A stretch of DNA of 23,823 nt from Oligoflexales bacterium (GCA_041736175.1 JBGSUI010000013.1:1-23823), one strand, 5' to 3'. Numbered from the stretch's first letter, positions 1 to 8,684 are shown. The notes: a model not told the origin generated them from the sequence alone. A program made the numbers and translations.

Positions 1-290
1 TCAGAGCAACTCTGTTCCAGAGTAAAAATCTATTTTGTACTTATGAAGTGCGTTTTATTCTACCTTTCAGCAATGAGTATAGCCGTACAAGTATACTCGA
101 CGCTACCTTCAGGTTTTTACCTGCAAAAGGAATCGTTTGCAGAACCCATACCTAACTTATTGTCAAAGAGCTGGCTCTCGCCATACATACTTCTGTACCA
201 CTGTGGCGGCGGATTTCCTAGCGTAAATCCTTAGCGGTTCGCCTTTTCTCGCCCCTGAAGGAGCGAGATTGCGGCGAACATCTGTTCAAA

Positions 291-1430
291 TCAAGCCAAG
301 GGCAACCCTAAAAGATGATGAAACACCTTAGTGCTGAGATGGGAGCTTAGGATGTTGGTCAGATGAAGCAGCAGATAGGACCTGAGGGTGGAAATCGCCA
401 TACTGATCGTCGAAATTCCCACCAAAGCGCTGACCAACAGCACCAGCCATGGGTAGGGGTCTTCTTGGTTTGTACCCGGCTGCTTGAGAACCTGGTCGAT
501 CATCAGTCGGTTGCCAAGGGGCAATAATGAGGCGACAAAAAGCAGTCCTAAGGACAGTAAAAGGAGGAGTGCAAGACCTGACTTTAGACTGGAGTCTTGT
601 GCGGTGTTTTGATCACCCGATAAATCATTGTTAGCAAAGAAATCCCGGAGCGTGAGCATAACGCGGTGGTCTTCCCGTTTAAAACCAGTCCCCGGTGCCA
701 GCTCAAGGGCGACTCCGCTAAAGTGTTGGGAAACCTGCTCCCACGTAAGGCTTCTGATGCCTTGGGCTGGATCATGGATCACAATCTTAGATGTGGTGGC
801 TTTTTTGAGGATTACAAAATGCTTCCTATCCCAGTGTAAAACTGCTGGAGTCTTGAGCAGTTTTAATCCTGCGAGATTGACTTTAAGGGCTTTGGTTTGC
901 ATTCCATAGGATTCGGCGAGTCTTTTGAGCTGGCCAAGAGTTTGTCCCCGAAGAGAGGGTGGGTGCCGCTGGCGCAGAGTGAGTAGATCGATTGTATAAC
1001 CAAAGCTACCTGGGGGAGCCATAACCGTCCCTTCCAAAGAGATTTGGGAGATTTGCGAGATTTGGGAGACGGGGGAGCTCAAATCACCCGCTAGAAAACC
1101 ATAGACGGTTAATCTGATCGGTTTTCCCGGCGGCAGATCCGCAGCTTCCTCGGGGGTGACATAAAAGAGGCCGATCAGCGGTGAGTTAAAATTCTCTCCG
1201 TGAGGGGGAGGAACCAAAAGATTGCGTGCTTCAGAAGAATCAGCAGCAGGTGTTAGGTAGCCCTCTATAATCTGTTGGGAGTTTACTGGCCAGAGACCAA
1301 CAAGTGCTACGGCTATGACCAACAACATGAGGGCGATGGTCGACAATGCCCCATAGGGAAGCCTCTCCGTGAGGAGAGGCTCATCCTGTAAGCGGGGTGT
1401 TCTTAGACTTGTTGGAAATTTTCTAGTCAA
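291..1430 (-). pseudogene. Chimeric remnant of a bacteriocin-type (colicin V-like) export system: HlyD-like fragments fused in frame to a truncated C39-peptidase/ABC transporter
   Basis: N-terminal TM segment plus 'IEGYLTP' and 'LFYVTPEEAADLPPGKPIRLTVYGF' resemble the HlyD N- and C-terminal parts. 'TPAVLHWDRKHFVILKK...IVIHDPAQG...FSGVALEL' is typical C39 but lacks the N-terminal catalytic Cys motif. TM helices end at 'FHHLLGLPLA*' followed by 'FEQ' in frame, and there is no ATPase domain. Confidence 0.7.
1039..1070. repeat. 9-bp tandem repeat (GAGATTTGG x ~3.5) encoding SQISQISQIS
   Basis: gagatttgg gagatttgc gagatttgg gagac read directly. Confidence 0.85.
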
Positions 1431-1885
1431 ATTGTTTTTCTATCGGGTCAAAAACCTCCAAGAAGGAGCTTTCCTTCAGGCTGTTGGACCTTTGGGTAGA
1501 AAGCTCCTCAGTGAGATGGATCCTAGGCAAACTGCTACCCAATGCAGCTTTACTTAGACTTTCAACCTACCAACGTGGAGGTCCGTAGGGCGGGTAGGGT
1601 CTTCCTTTATGTTTATCACGCCGGTCTTGAGGTAGTTCCAGCTACGAGCTGAGAAGACTCAAGATGCGTTTTCCACTGAAAGAACAGACCTCTTTAGGTA
1701 AAAGTCTAGAGTTTTTCCCTTACAAAAAGCTATTTTTTAGGAGCTTTTAAAGGCAGGATTTATTGTTTGAGCCTTGACAATATATGTCGATTGGCCTCAT
1801 TTATGCATGGCCAAGCGAGTCTCAGGCAAGGAGCACCTTATCCGAGGGACCCTGCCTTATCTAACCCCCCCAAAACCGGAGTCTA

Positions 1886-2647
1886 ATGATGATCAGCCAG
1901 CAAGTATTAAAAGTCGTAGGAGTGTCGATCCTTTTGACAACCTCCATCGGTTGCCAAAAACAAGGCGATTCTGACAACCCCTCCTCGACCACAAGTGCCC
2001 AGCAGGTGTCTGCCGAAGGCCAATCCGCAGTCTATACGGGCGGTGCCTATGCCAAGGAAACCCGTTACGGCTACGATTACGGTCAATTTGACGCAGAAAT
2101 CACCTTATCCAATGCTGCTCAAGCCCTAGCTAGCGGGTTTTCAGGGTCGGAGGAACATCTACCTTCCCCGGATCCAGGCGATGATGAGTGCCAGTATGTG
2201 CTCAAGAGCAATTCCCAAGCCACAATGGGTGTCAAAATATTCCGTAAAATGCCGGGATCAGATGCCAAGGTCAACATCTTTAACCGAACCTACGCAGTGG
2301 TTTTCACCGCATCCCAATCTGGTTTAGCTCCCTGTAACCCTTTCGAAACCCAAGATTTTACGGCTTCGATTGTGAACGTGATTTCCCAGAACGATCAGAG
2401 CGGCCAGGAAGAATACCTTCCTACTGCTAAGATTCTCGACCAGGGACCAGGTCGCGAAAGCTTTCCCGTGATGGCTCTGGCTCCAACGGTCAACGTAAAA
2501 TTTGACAAATCGGCGTCTCAAATGGGACGACCAGAGGTTTCTCTTGACCTGAGAATTTCGGAATACGGAAAACGCGATGGCAAAGCCAGCATGGCAGAGT
2601 CTGGATCCTACTACCATGGATTCGCGACCCAAATCCTTTTAAAGTAG
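1886..2647 (+). CDS. Hypothetical lipoprotein
   Basis: 253-aa ORF with GGAG RBS upstream, hydrophobic signal ending in lipobox-like 'TSIGC', then a Ser/Thr/Gln-rich linker. Confidence 0.75.
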   Translation: MMISQQVLKVVGVSILLTTSIGCQKQGDSDNPSSTTSAQQVSAEGQSAVYTGGAYAKETRYGYDYGQFDAEITLSNAAQALASGFSGSEEHLPSPDPGDDECQYVLKSNSQATMGVKIFRKMPGSDAKVNIFNRTYAVVFTASQSGLAPCNPFETQDFTASIVNVISQNDQSGQEEYLPTAKILDQGPGRESFPVMALAPTVNVKFDKSASQMGRPEVSLDLRISEYGKRDGKASMAESGSYYHGFATQILLK

Positions 2648-2662
2648 GTTGTAACTACATCC

Positions 2663-2700
2663 TTCTGCCTTTCCTTTCCATTCGATGCGGAAAGGCAGAA
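2663..2700. terminator. Stem-loop between convergent genes (likely bidirectional terminator)
   Basis: 12-bp inverted repeat TTCTGCCTTTCC...GGAAAGGCAGAA between the lipoprotein and higA stop codons. Confidence 0.65.
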
Positions 2701-2731
2701 CGATTGAGTGTCCATTCGAGTGGAATAAATT

Positions 2732-3058
2732 TTAGCCCTGTGCGGCTAAAGCAAAATCTTCTTCAACATGCCAAATATCATAGGTGGCTTGAAGATTGAG
2801 CCACATTTTAGGATCAGTTTTTAAAACCTTACTAATCAAAACTGCAAATTCAGGCGAAATCGCTCTTTTTTTATTGATAACTTCGCTCAATTTTGTTTGC
2901 ATCGTTGATACAGATACCCTTTTCCTATTAATTCCTTGAGCGAGCATTCTGGCGCATTCAGTTTGGCTAATATTTAACTCTTTCAAATATAAATCAAGCA
3001 GGATTTCTCCAGGATGTGGTGGAGATACTTTGGGTCTGCGTTTGGGATAGGATGCCAT
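2732..3058 (-). CDS. higA: HigA family addiction-module antitoxin (HTH)
   Basis: 'PPHPGEILLDLYL', 'LSEVINKKRAISPEFA', 'WLNLQATYD' motifs; GGAG RBS; directly downstream of a HigB-like gene. Confidence 0.9.
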   Translation of the reverse strand: MASYPKRRPKVSPPHPGEILLDLYLKELNISQTECARMLAQGINRKRVSVSTMQTKLSEVINKKRAISPEFAVLISKVLKTDPKMWLNLQATYDIWHVEEDFALAAQG

Positions 3059-3069
3059 AATAATACTCC

Positions 3070-3372
3070 TTATTTATGATAGTTTTCAATTTTTACATCT
3101 TTAAAAACACCATTTCCAAATATGAATGTTATTCTCCATCCACTGGTCTTAGTTATATCTATTGCTGTTTGGCCTTTCCTATTTCCTCGCAGAGAATGCG
3201 CTCTGATGGATGGGGGGTGTGCGGCCGTTTCCAGGGCTTTCACATGATCTACGGCATCCATCAAGAACAAAAGCTGCCTAGCTCTAATCCATAGCTCTCT
3301 TGGTAATTGCTTTGATTCTGAATTGTGGAAAATATCATCAGCTATTTTATTCCCGAAATTCATGATTGCCAT
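3070..3372 (-). CDS. higB: HigB/RelE-like toxin (start probably ATG 3372 rather than 3465)
   Basis: 'MAIMNFGNK...DIF', 'HSLRGNRKGQTAIDI...WRITFIF...DVKIENYH' match the plasmid-killer HigB pattern; toxin-first gene order. Confidence 0.85.
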   Translation of the reverse strand: MAIMNFGNKIADDIFHNSESKQLPRELWIRARQLLFLMDAVDHVKALETAAHPPSIRAHSLRGNRKGQTAIDITKTSGWRITFIFGNGVFKDVKIENYHK

Positions 3373-3483
3373 CAACACCCCTGCCTCTAATACTACTTTA
3401 CGGTAAAACAGTAAAGAAACTTTAATTAATTTGCAAATAATGAAAATGACGATGAGTAAAGTCATCTAGCTATCATAAGGAGC

Positions 3484-3525
3484 AGTACCTAAAACTCAGT
3501 TATTTATACTGAAAATTTAGGTACT
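3484..3525. repeat. Imperfect palindrome between the BLUF stop and higB start
   Basis: AGTACCTAAA-ac-TCAGT-tatttat-ACTGA-aaa-TTTAGGTACT. Confidence 0.7.
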
Positions 3526-3619
3526 TATATATTTGGTCAATCAACCTCACGGGATTTAAACCCCTGTGGGTCATCCAGGTAAAGCTATAAGTCTCCGCTA
3601 AAGAACCGAAAGATCTCGG

Positions 3620-4045
3620 TCAGCCCTTAGTCACGATTGACGCGGTGGCGATAAGGTCTTCTAGGAGCGCCATGGTGAATGTTCCGCCCATGCTAAAGGG
3701 GTCAAAACTAGGTGTTTCTGAATACTTGAGCAGGGTGGAAGGGTTGAGCTTAGCTAGGTTTACCTGCCCCATGGTCCAATTAGAAAAACGTCGCTCCGAG
3801 ATATCTTCGAAGAGCAGGATTTCTACATCGGTGTGTCTGGAATCAGTGACGATGCGGTTGTAGAGCTGGGACACCACGCGGCGATTGCCCTCAAGGACCT
3901 GGACAAAGATATTACCACTATAGCAAAGTATACCGGTGACACCCGCAGGGGGGTTGTAACGACGTGATTTTTCCAAAATTGGTTCGATAAGAGTGTGATC
4001 GACTTCGCGGGGAGCACGACTGGCATAAAGCAAACGAGCGAGCAT
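3620..4045 (-). CDS. Stand-alone BLUF blue-light (flavin) photoreceptor
   Basis: Conserved BLUF residues: Tyr in 'LLYAS', Asn in 'RYNP', 'VTGIL', Gln in 'FVQVLEG', 'D.RH', 'RRFSNWTM'; AAGGA RBS 18 bp after the folE stop region. Confidence 0.95.
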   Translation of the reverse strand: MLARLLYASRAPREVDHTLIEPILEKSRRYNPPAGVTGILCYSGNIFVQVLEGNRRVVSQLYNRIVTDSRHTDVEILLFEDISERRFSNWTMGQVNLAKLNPSTLLKYSETPSFDPFSMGGTFTMALLEDLIATASIVTKG

Positions 4046-4063
4046 GGGCGGGGTTCCTTATGG

Positions 4064-4804
4064 TTATTTTTTTGATATGAGTGATAAAAATTCGAGACGT
4101 AGGGCGCTGTTTTTAAGAAAAGTGCCACGCATAACAGAGTTGGTCATTTTAGTGTTCATATCTTTGACTCCCCGCCAATGCATACAAAAATGGTCAGCCT
4201 CCATCACCACTGCCAAGCCATCGGGACACATTTTGTCCATAAGCAGGTCGGCGAGTTCGGTGATCGCTTCTTCCTGAATCTGTGGGCGACTCATAACCCA
4301 ATCCGTAAGTCGTGCATACTTGGAAAGCCCAATAAGATTGGAGTGCTCGTTTGGCATGATACCGACCCAGACCTTACCTATAACAGGACAAAAATGGTGG
4401 GAGCATGCGCTCCGCACGGTGATGGGCCCGACGAGGATCAATTCGTTCAAATGGGACACATTGGGAAATTCGGTGATCGGAGGGGCCGCATGGTACCTCC
4501 CCCGGAAGACCTCCTGCATATACATTTTTGCAACCCGTCGAGCTGTATCCTGGGTATTGTGGTCGTGTTTGGTATCGATGACAAGGCTTTCCAGGAGGGC
4601 CTGCATTTTTTCTGCAACCTCAGCCTGTAGCTGTTCTAACTCTCCAGCGTGGATAAATGGTGCAATATTATCATTTGCAAAAAATTTTTGGCCGCTTTCG
4701 ATGACCCTTGCGCGGATTTTTGCAGAGATGCTGTCCTCTGGACTCATACCCCCAGAATGACTGTCATTATTTGTACTGACTTTGTTCACCACTCTTGACC
4801 TCAC
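4064..4804 (-). CDS. folE: GTP cyclohydrolase I
   Basis: 'TARRVAKMY', Zn-ligand 'SACSHH', 'GLSKYAR', 'RPQIQE', 'HFCMHWRGV' motifs. Start may be GTG 4804 or ATG 4748. Confidence 0.95.
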   Translation of the reverse strand: MRSRVVNKVSTNNDSHSGGMSPEDSISAKIRARVIESGQKFFANDNIAPFIHAGELEQLQAEVAEKMQALLESLVIDTKHDHNTQDTARRVAKMYMQEVFRGRYHAAPPITEFPNVSHLNELILVGPITVRSACSHHFCPVIGKVWVGIMPNEHSNLIGLSKYARLTDWVMSRPQIQEEAITELADLLMDKMCPDGLAVVMEADHFCMHWRGVKDMNTKMTNSVMRGTFLKNSALRLEFLSLISKK

Positions 4805-4926
4805 TTGGTTTGCGGGATTGGGCTCGCCTTGTTTGAGCTGTCCATGCAGAACACTCGGAAAAAGCTGGACTCCACCTTATAGATCAAGGCACTCCCTATT
4901 TACAGTTAAAAAGGGGCCTCCTTTTT

Positions 4927-6411
4927 TTAAAGCTTATCGAGGAGCAGCAAGGCCTCCGAAAGGGATTTTCTTGGGATGTTCCCTATTTTTTGGAAGAGTT
5001 CAGGAGAACTCTTGAAAACAATCACCTCGCATGGAAGAGGGAGCCAGCTACGTAACCGATTTTTAATCGCTGTAGACACCTGCTGGAGGCGACCTGCAAC
5101 GTCCTCGTTGACTAAGATACGCAGTTGGAAACCTTTGCCACTGGAGCCTAAACACAGGTGAGCTGCTTCTAAACCGAGATCCTTGACAAGGTGGCTTTCA
5201 ACCTCCCGCAGATGGGTCCATTGACCTGTGGTGGATTTGAAGCTTTCTCCCCTACGGCCAATCACTTCGATCAGCCCATCATCTGTCTGCCAACCTAGGT
5301 CTCCTGTCGGGTAATAACCTTTATCACGGAGGTCCTCGTGGAGATTTGACTCGACTCCCTTCCTTTCATCTTGCCAAGAACCCATGGAGGGGCTTTTAAC
5401 CCAAATCTCACACACCCGCTCCTGAAGACTGGACTCTTTTACGGGAACGAGCCGCACGCTGCAGCCGATGGGGCGACCGTTGATCATCACACCGGGGCCA
5501 CATTCTGTCAGCCCGTATCCCCACCAAAAGCTTCCTAGACGCTTGTGCCAGAGGGTCCTCTGGGCTGGGTCCAGGTAGGCTCCCCCGCTATGGATATGGA
5601 GCTGCCCCAAAAGGGAAGGATCACAAGGAGACCTCTTTAGGTATTGGTCTAAAAGCTGAAGGGTCCGCGGAACAAGGGCGATCCAGTCGATTTGGAAATC
5701 TCGCACCAAGCTTAGGAGGAGGCGTGGGTGAAAAAATTGATCGGGGTAGAAGATTAGATTTTGGCCTGCATAGAGTCCAAGGAGCCGATCAAGTATCAAA
5801 CCAAAACTATGAAATCCTGGCAAAAAAACCAGTCTATTGGTGTCGGCCTTTAGTCCAAAGATGCTAGAATGTTCTTTGAGTTGGTGACGAATCATCGACG
5901 CTGTTAGTTTAACGGTGCGAACCGTCCCACGGGAGGTGCCGCTGGTATGGAGGAAGACAGCGAATTCCTGATCTGTGAGTAAACGAGAAGATATTTGAAT
6001 TTTTTCCCTCTCAATGGAGCCTGGCGTCGAACCTTGCGCGTTCGCTTCCGCTGCGTCCCAAGCGACTTGCACCTTTTGGAGAGAATCTCCCTGGGCTTCA
6101 GGTAAGCGATGAGGGCAAAAGATAAAATCTCCCGAGAGACAGGCCAAAAAATTGATCAATTGTTGGCTACCCCGACCTTTGTCAAGCCAAATATCCCCAG
6201 GCCTTAGTCCCATACGGCGTAATAAATGGCGTTTTTCTAAACTTCGATTCCAGAGAGCCGACGCGGAGAGGATGTCTTCTCTAAGGTCTATGGGACCGGA
6301 CTTTTGAGGCCCTGAGCTTTCTTTGTCCCACATCATGAGGCAAGGGGATCCTTGACCTTTAAGCCGGGCCTTAAAGTCATCGAGGAGGAGTTTAGTGTGG
6401 TCATGGGGCAT
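4927..6411 (-). CDS. AMP-forming acyl-CoA ligase, probable p-coumarate:CoA ligase (pCL) for the PYP chromophore
   Basis: ANL motifs 'LHTSGTS', 'GYGLTECGP', 'YPTGDLG', 'GRR'; GGAGA RBS. Substrate inferred from adjacency to the lyase and PYP. Confidence 0.8.
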   Translation of the reverse strand: MPHDHTKLLLDDFKARLKGQGSPCLMMWDKESSGPQKSGPIDLREDILSASALWNRSLEKRHLLRRMGLRPGDIWLDKGRGSQQLINFLACLSGDFIFCPHRLPEAQGDSLQKVQVAWDAAEANAQGSTPGSIEREKIQISSRLLTDQEFAVFLHTSGTSRGTVRTVKLTASMIRHQLKEHSSIFGLKADTNRLVFLPGFHSFGLILDRLLGLYAGQNLIFYPDQFFHPRLLLSLVRDFQIDWIALVPRTLQLLDQYLKRSPCDPSLLGQLHIHSGGAYLDPAQRTLWHKRLGSFWWGYGLTECGPGVMINGRPIGCSVRLVPVKESSLQERVCEIWVKSPSMGSWQDERKGVESNLHEDLRDKGYYPTGDLGWQTDDGLIEVIGRRGESFKSTTGQWTHLREVESHLVKDLGLEAAHLCLGSSGKGFQLRILVNEDVAGRLQQVSTAIKNRLRSWLPLPCEVIVFKSSPELFQKIGNIPRKSLSEALLLLDKL

Positions 6412-6499
6412 TATTCGTCTCCAAGGATATCACTTGTGATCAAGGGGAGTCCTTTCTATCATAGGACATAGATCGTTTGATAAACCGCAAAAATATTGA
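6412..6499. promoter_or_regulatory. Short divergent promoter region between ligase and lyase with an ATCAC-N2-GTGAT inverted repeat (6429-6440)
   Basis: 88-bp gap between divergent starts; palindrome read directly; function inferred. Confidence 0.4.
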
Positions 6500-7924
6500 G
6501 TGAGTGTACTGATGTCACAGATCCTTGGTCCCACCAGCCCACTTCGCGTCCTAATGGCACTGGAATCCAGTGGCACCTATGTCCCCGATCCAGAGGCGAT
6601 TCACCGCGTCGCAAGGTCCTACGAGAGACTTTTAGCACTTATGAAAGATGGCCAAACAAATATCTATGGATTACATACCCACTATGGGCATAATGTCACG
6701 ACATCTGTGGACATTTCCCACTGGCAAACCCACCAAAAGGCTCTTCTTAAATATCTAGAGGTTGGGGTTGGACCGTATTTGCCGGACTCCGTGGTGCGAA
6801 GAGCTCTGCACCTCCAAGGTTATAAGACGGCCTTAGGCTTTTCGGGGATCCATCCCGACACCTGGCAGGATCTGAGAGCCCTCGCAGACGCACCCTCACT
6901 CCCCAAGGTTCCTTCTCTTGGGAGTCTTGGAGCCAGCGGAGATTTGATACCTATGGCCCACGCGGTGGCGCCCCTGTTTAGAGACCATGACCCTAGAGGT
7001 CCGCGGGATGTCATAGGCCTTGTCAACACCAACGCCATGATGGCCTCTCTTGGTGTAGAACTTTGCGCGAAAGCTTGGAAAGCCTATTGGACAGCCCATG
7101 GCCTTTGGCTCCTGGCGACGAGAGCCCTTGGGGTCACCGTGCAGGACCTCTGCCAGCATCTCAAGACTCGTTCGACCGGGAGGCCTTACCAGAGTTTTTG
7201 GATCAAGACTGTTGAGTCCATGGATGATTCCCTACCTAAACAAAAGGGTACAGGTCTATCCCTTCAAGATCCACCCCTGCAGGAGCGATACTCTATCCGC
7301 TGCGCCCCCCAGATCCTGCTCGATATGGGCGAGAATCTCCAATTTGCCACAAGTAAAATCATCGAAGAAGCCTTAGGGGTCGCCGATAACCCGGTGGTCA
7401 CCGACGAAGGTGTGTGCCATGGGGGACTTTTTTACGCTTTAGGTATCGCCACTGGAGCTGATTTGATCAACGACGCTTTAGCCCGGCTTGCTGAGCTGAT
7501 CGACCGACAGATACTCCTCCTAGTCACCCCAGAATTAAGCCACGGACTCCCTATGAATCTCCAAATCTCCATGTCAAACGACCGTGGCGACCACCTCAAA
7601 GGTCTGCACCAACTTGCCTCTTCCCTCCTTCAAAAAGTCAGGTCCTTGGCCATGCCGTCTCGGATGCTGAGTTTTTCCTGTGAAAGCCATAACCAGGACC
7701 TGGTTCCGGCAGGGATGACCTCTCTCCTCCAAGTCGACCAAGTGGCAGAAACCCTTGAGGAGATGCTCCGCGTAGGTAGTTTTGTGTGCGACCGAGCCTA
7801 TAGGCTGAGGGAGGGGATGGCCCTGCCCCCATGTTTGCATCTTAGCCAATGGCACGCCTACCAAACGGAAGAGAGTTGGGAGCGGCTCCAATTCTTATTT
7901 TTTAAAAATATCCCCCAGATGTAA
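6500..7924 (+). CDS. MIO-dependent aromatic amino-acid ammonia-lyase, probable tyrosine ammonia-lyase (TAL)
   Basis: 'GSLGASGDL' MIO triad (A145-S146-G147, 6932-6940), catalytic Tyr in 'IYG', 'QERYSIRC', 'DNP', 'HNQD'; directly upstream of pyp and no hut genes nearby. Confidence 0.85.
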   Translation: MSVLMSQILGPTSPLRVLMALESSGTYVPDPEAIHRVARSYERLLALMKDGQTNIYGLHTHYGHNVTTSVDISHWQTHQKALLKYLEVGVGPYLPDSVVRRALHLQGYKTALGFSGIHPDTWQDLRALADAPSLPKVPSLGSLGASGDLIPMAHAVAPLFRDHDPRGPRDVIGLVNTNAMMASLGVELCAKAWKAYWTAHGLWLLATRALGVTVQDLCQHLKTRSTGRPYQSFWIKTVESMDDSLPKQKGTGLSLQDPPLQERYSIRCAPQILLDMGENLQFATSKIIEEALGVADNPVVTDEGVCHGGLFYALGIATGADLINDALARLAELIDRQILLLVTPELSHGLPMNLQISMSNDRGDHLKGLHQLASSLLQKVRSLAMPSRMLSFSCESHNQDLVPAGMTSLLQVDQVAETLEEMLRVGSFVCDRAYRLREGMALPPCLHLSQWHAYQTEESWERLQFLFFKNIPQM

Positions 7925-7960
7925 AAGCCACCCCCCTGACAAGAAATTATGATTTGTCCC

Positions 7961-7987
7961 TTAAGGTATCACTCCACTCGCCGATAG
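7961..7987 (+). promoter_or_regulatory. Putative sigma-28 (FliA) promoter
   Basis: TTAAG-N14-GCCGATAG ending 46 bp upstream of the pyp start; fits the T(C/A)AAG-N14-GCCGATA(A) consensus. Confidence 0.7.
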
Positions 7988-8033
7988 GAGTCTTGATCGG
8001 ATACTCCGTTTTTCAAAATTAAGGAGCAAATCA

Positions 8034-8663
8034 ATGAGCGAAACCATGCAAAAGTTGCGATCCATCATGGAGCAGCCCGGACAGAATAGCCAGGACGTTG
8101 GTGTCCCTGCAAACCAAAGCCAACCTTCCCGAGATTCTGGAGAGTTGGCCAGTCTCGAAGAACAGGTGGTCGGCTTTTATGGGGAGATGGAATATCTCCA
8201 GCAAAACTTCCCAAATCAGACCATTAGGTCCCTTGTAGACTTGGCTAAATCCATGCAACAGCGCCTAAGTAGCAGCCAGGGCACCCAAGGTGACCTTAGC
8301 TTTGTACCAGCTTCGGTCGTTAGCCGCCTTGGGACTCTCGACCAAAATAGTGCAGACCAGTGTGATTTTGGAATCGTAGAAGTGGACGACGCCGGGGTGA
8401 TCCGTCTCTACAACAAGTGGGAACAACAGCTAGCTGGGATCTCCTTGCAACAGGCAGTCGGTCGAAACTTTTTTTTAGAGGTTGCCCCTTGCACAAACAA
8501 CAAACTATTTTTAGGTCGCTTTCGCCAAGGTGTCCAGACCGGTGCCCTCGATGTAGCCTTTAACTATACTTTCACCTACAAAATCCGCCCTACAGGGGTC
8601 GCCATCCATATGTTTCGACATACGGCCTCCCAGAAAAATTATGTCTTTGTAAAACGACGGTAA
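8034..8663 (+). CDS. pyp: Photoactive yellow protein with 84-aa N-terminal extension
   Basis: Residues 85-209 align without gaps to 125-aa PYP: Y126 (=Y42), E130 (=E46), 'GRNFFLEVAPCT' with C153 (=C69), 'YTFTY', C-terminal 'VFVKR'; AAGGAG RBS. Confidence 0.95.
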   Translation: MSETMQKLRSIMEQPGQNSQDVGVPANQSQPSRDSGELASLEEQVVGFYGEMEYLQQNFPNQTIRSLVDLAKSMQQRLSSSQGTQGDLSFVPASVVSRLGTLDQNSADQCDFGIVEVDDAGVIRLYNKWEQQLAGISLQQAVGRNFFLEVAPCTNNKLFLGRFRQGVQTGALDVAFNYTFTYKIRPTGVAIHMFRHTASQKNYVFVKRR

Positions 8664-8684
8664 ACAAAGGAGAGGGTCTAGTCG

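Noticed and set aside
3373..3465. N-terminal extension of HigB given in the ORF track
   Set aside because: It overlaps the AT-rich promoter/operator region; family similarity begins at ATG 3372.
4064..4804. FolE as supplier of the BLUF flavin
   Set aside because: Motifs are GTP cyclohydrolase I; flavin synthesis needs cyclohydrolase II (RibA).
6500..7924. Histidine ammonia-lyase (hutH)
   Set aside because: No Ser-His switch pair, no hut genes nearby, and the context is pyp plus a CoA ligase.
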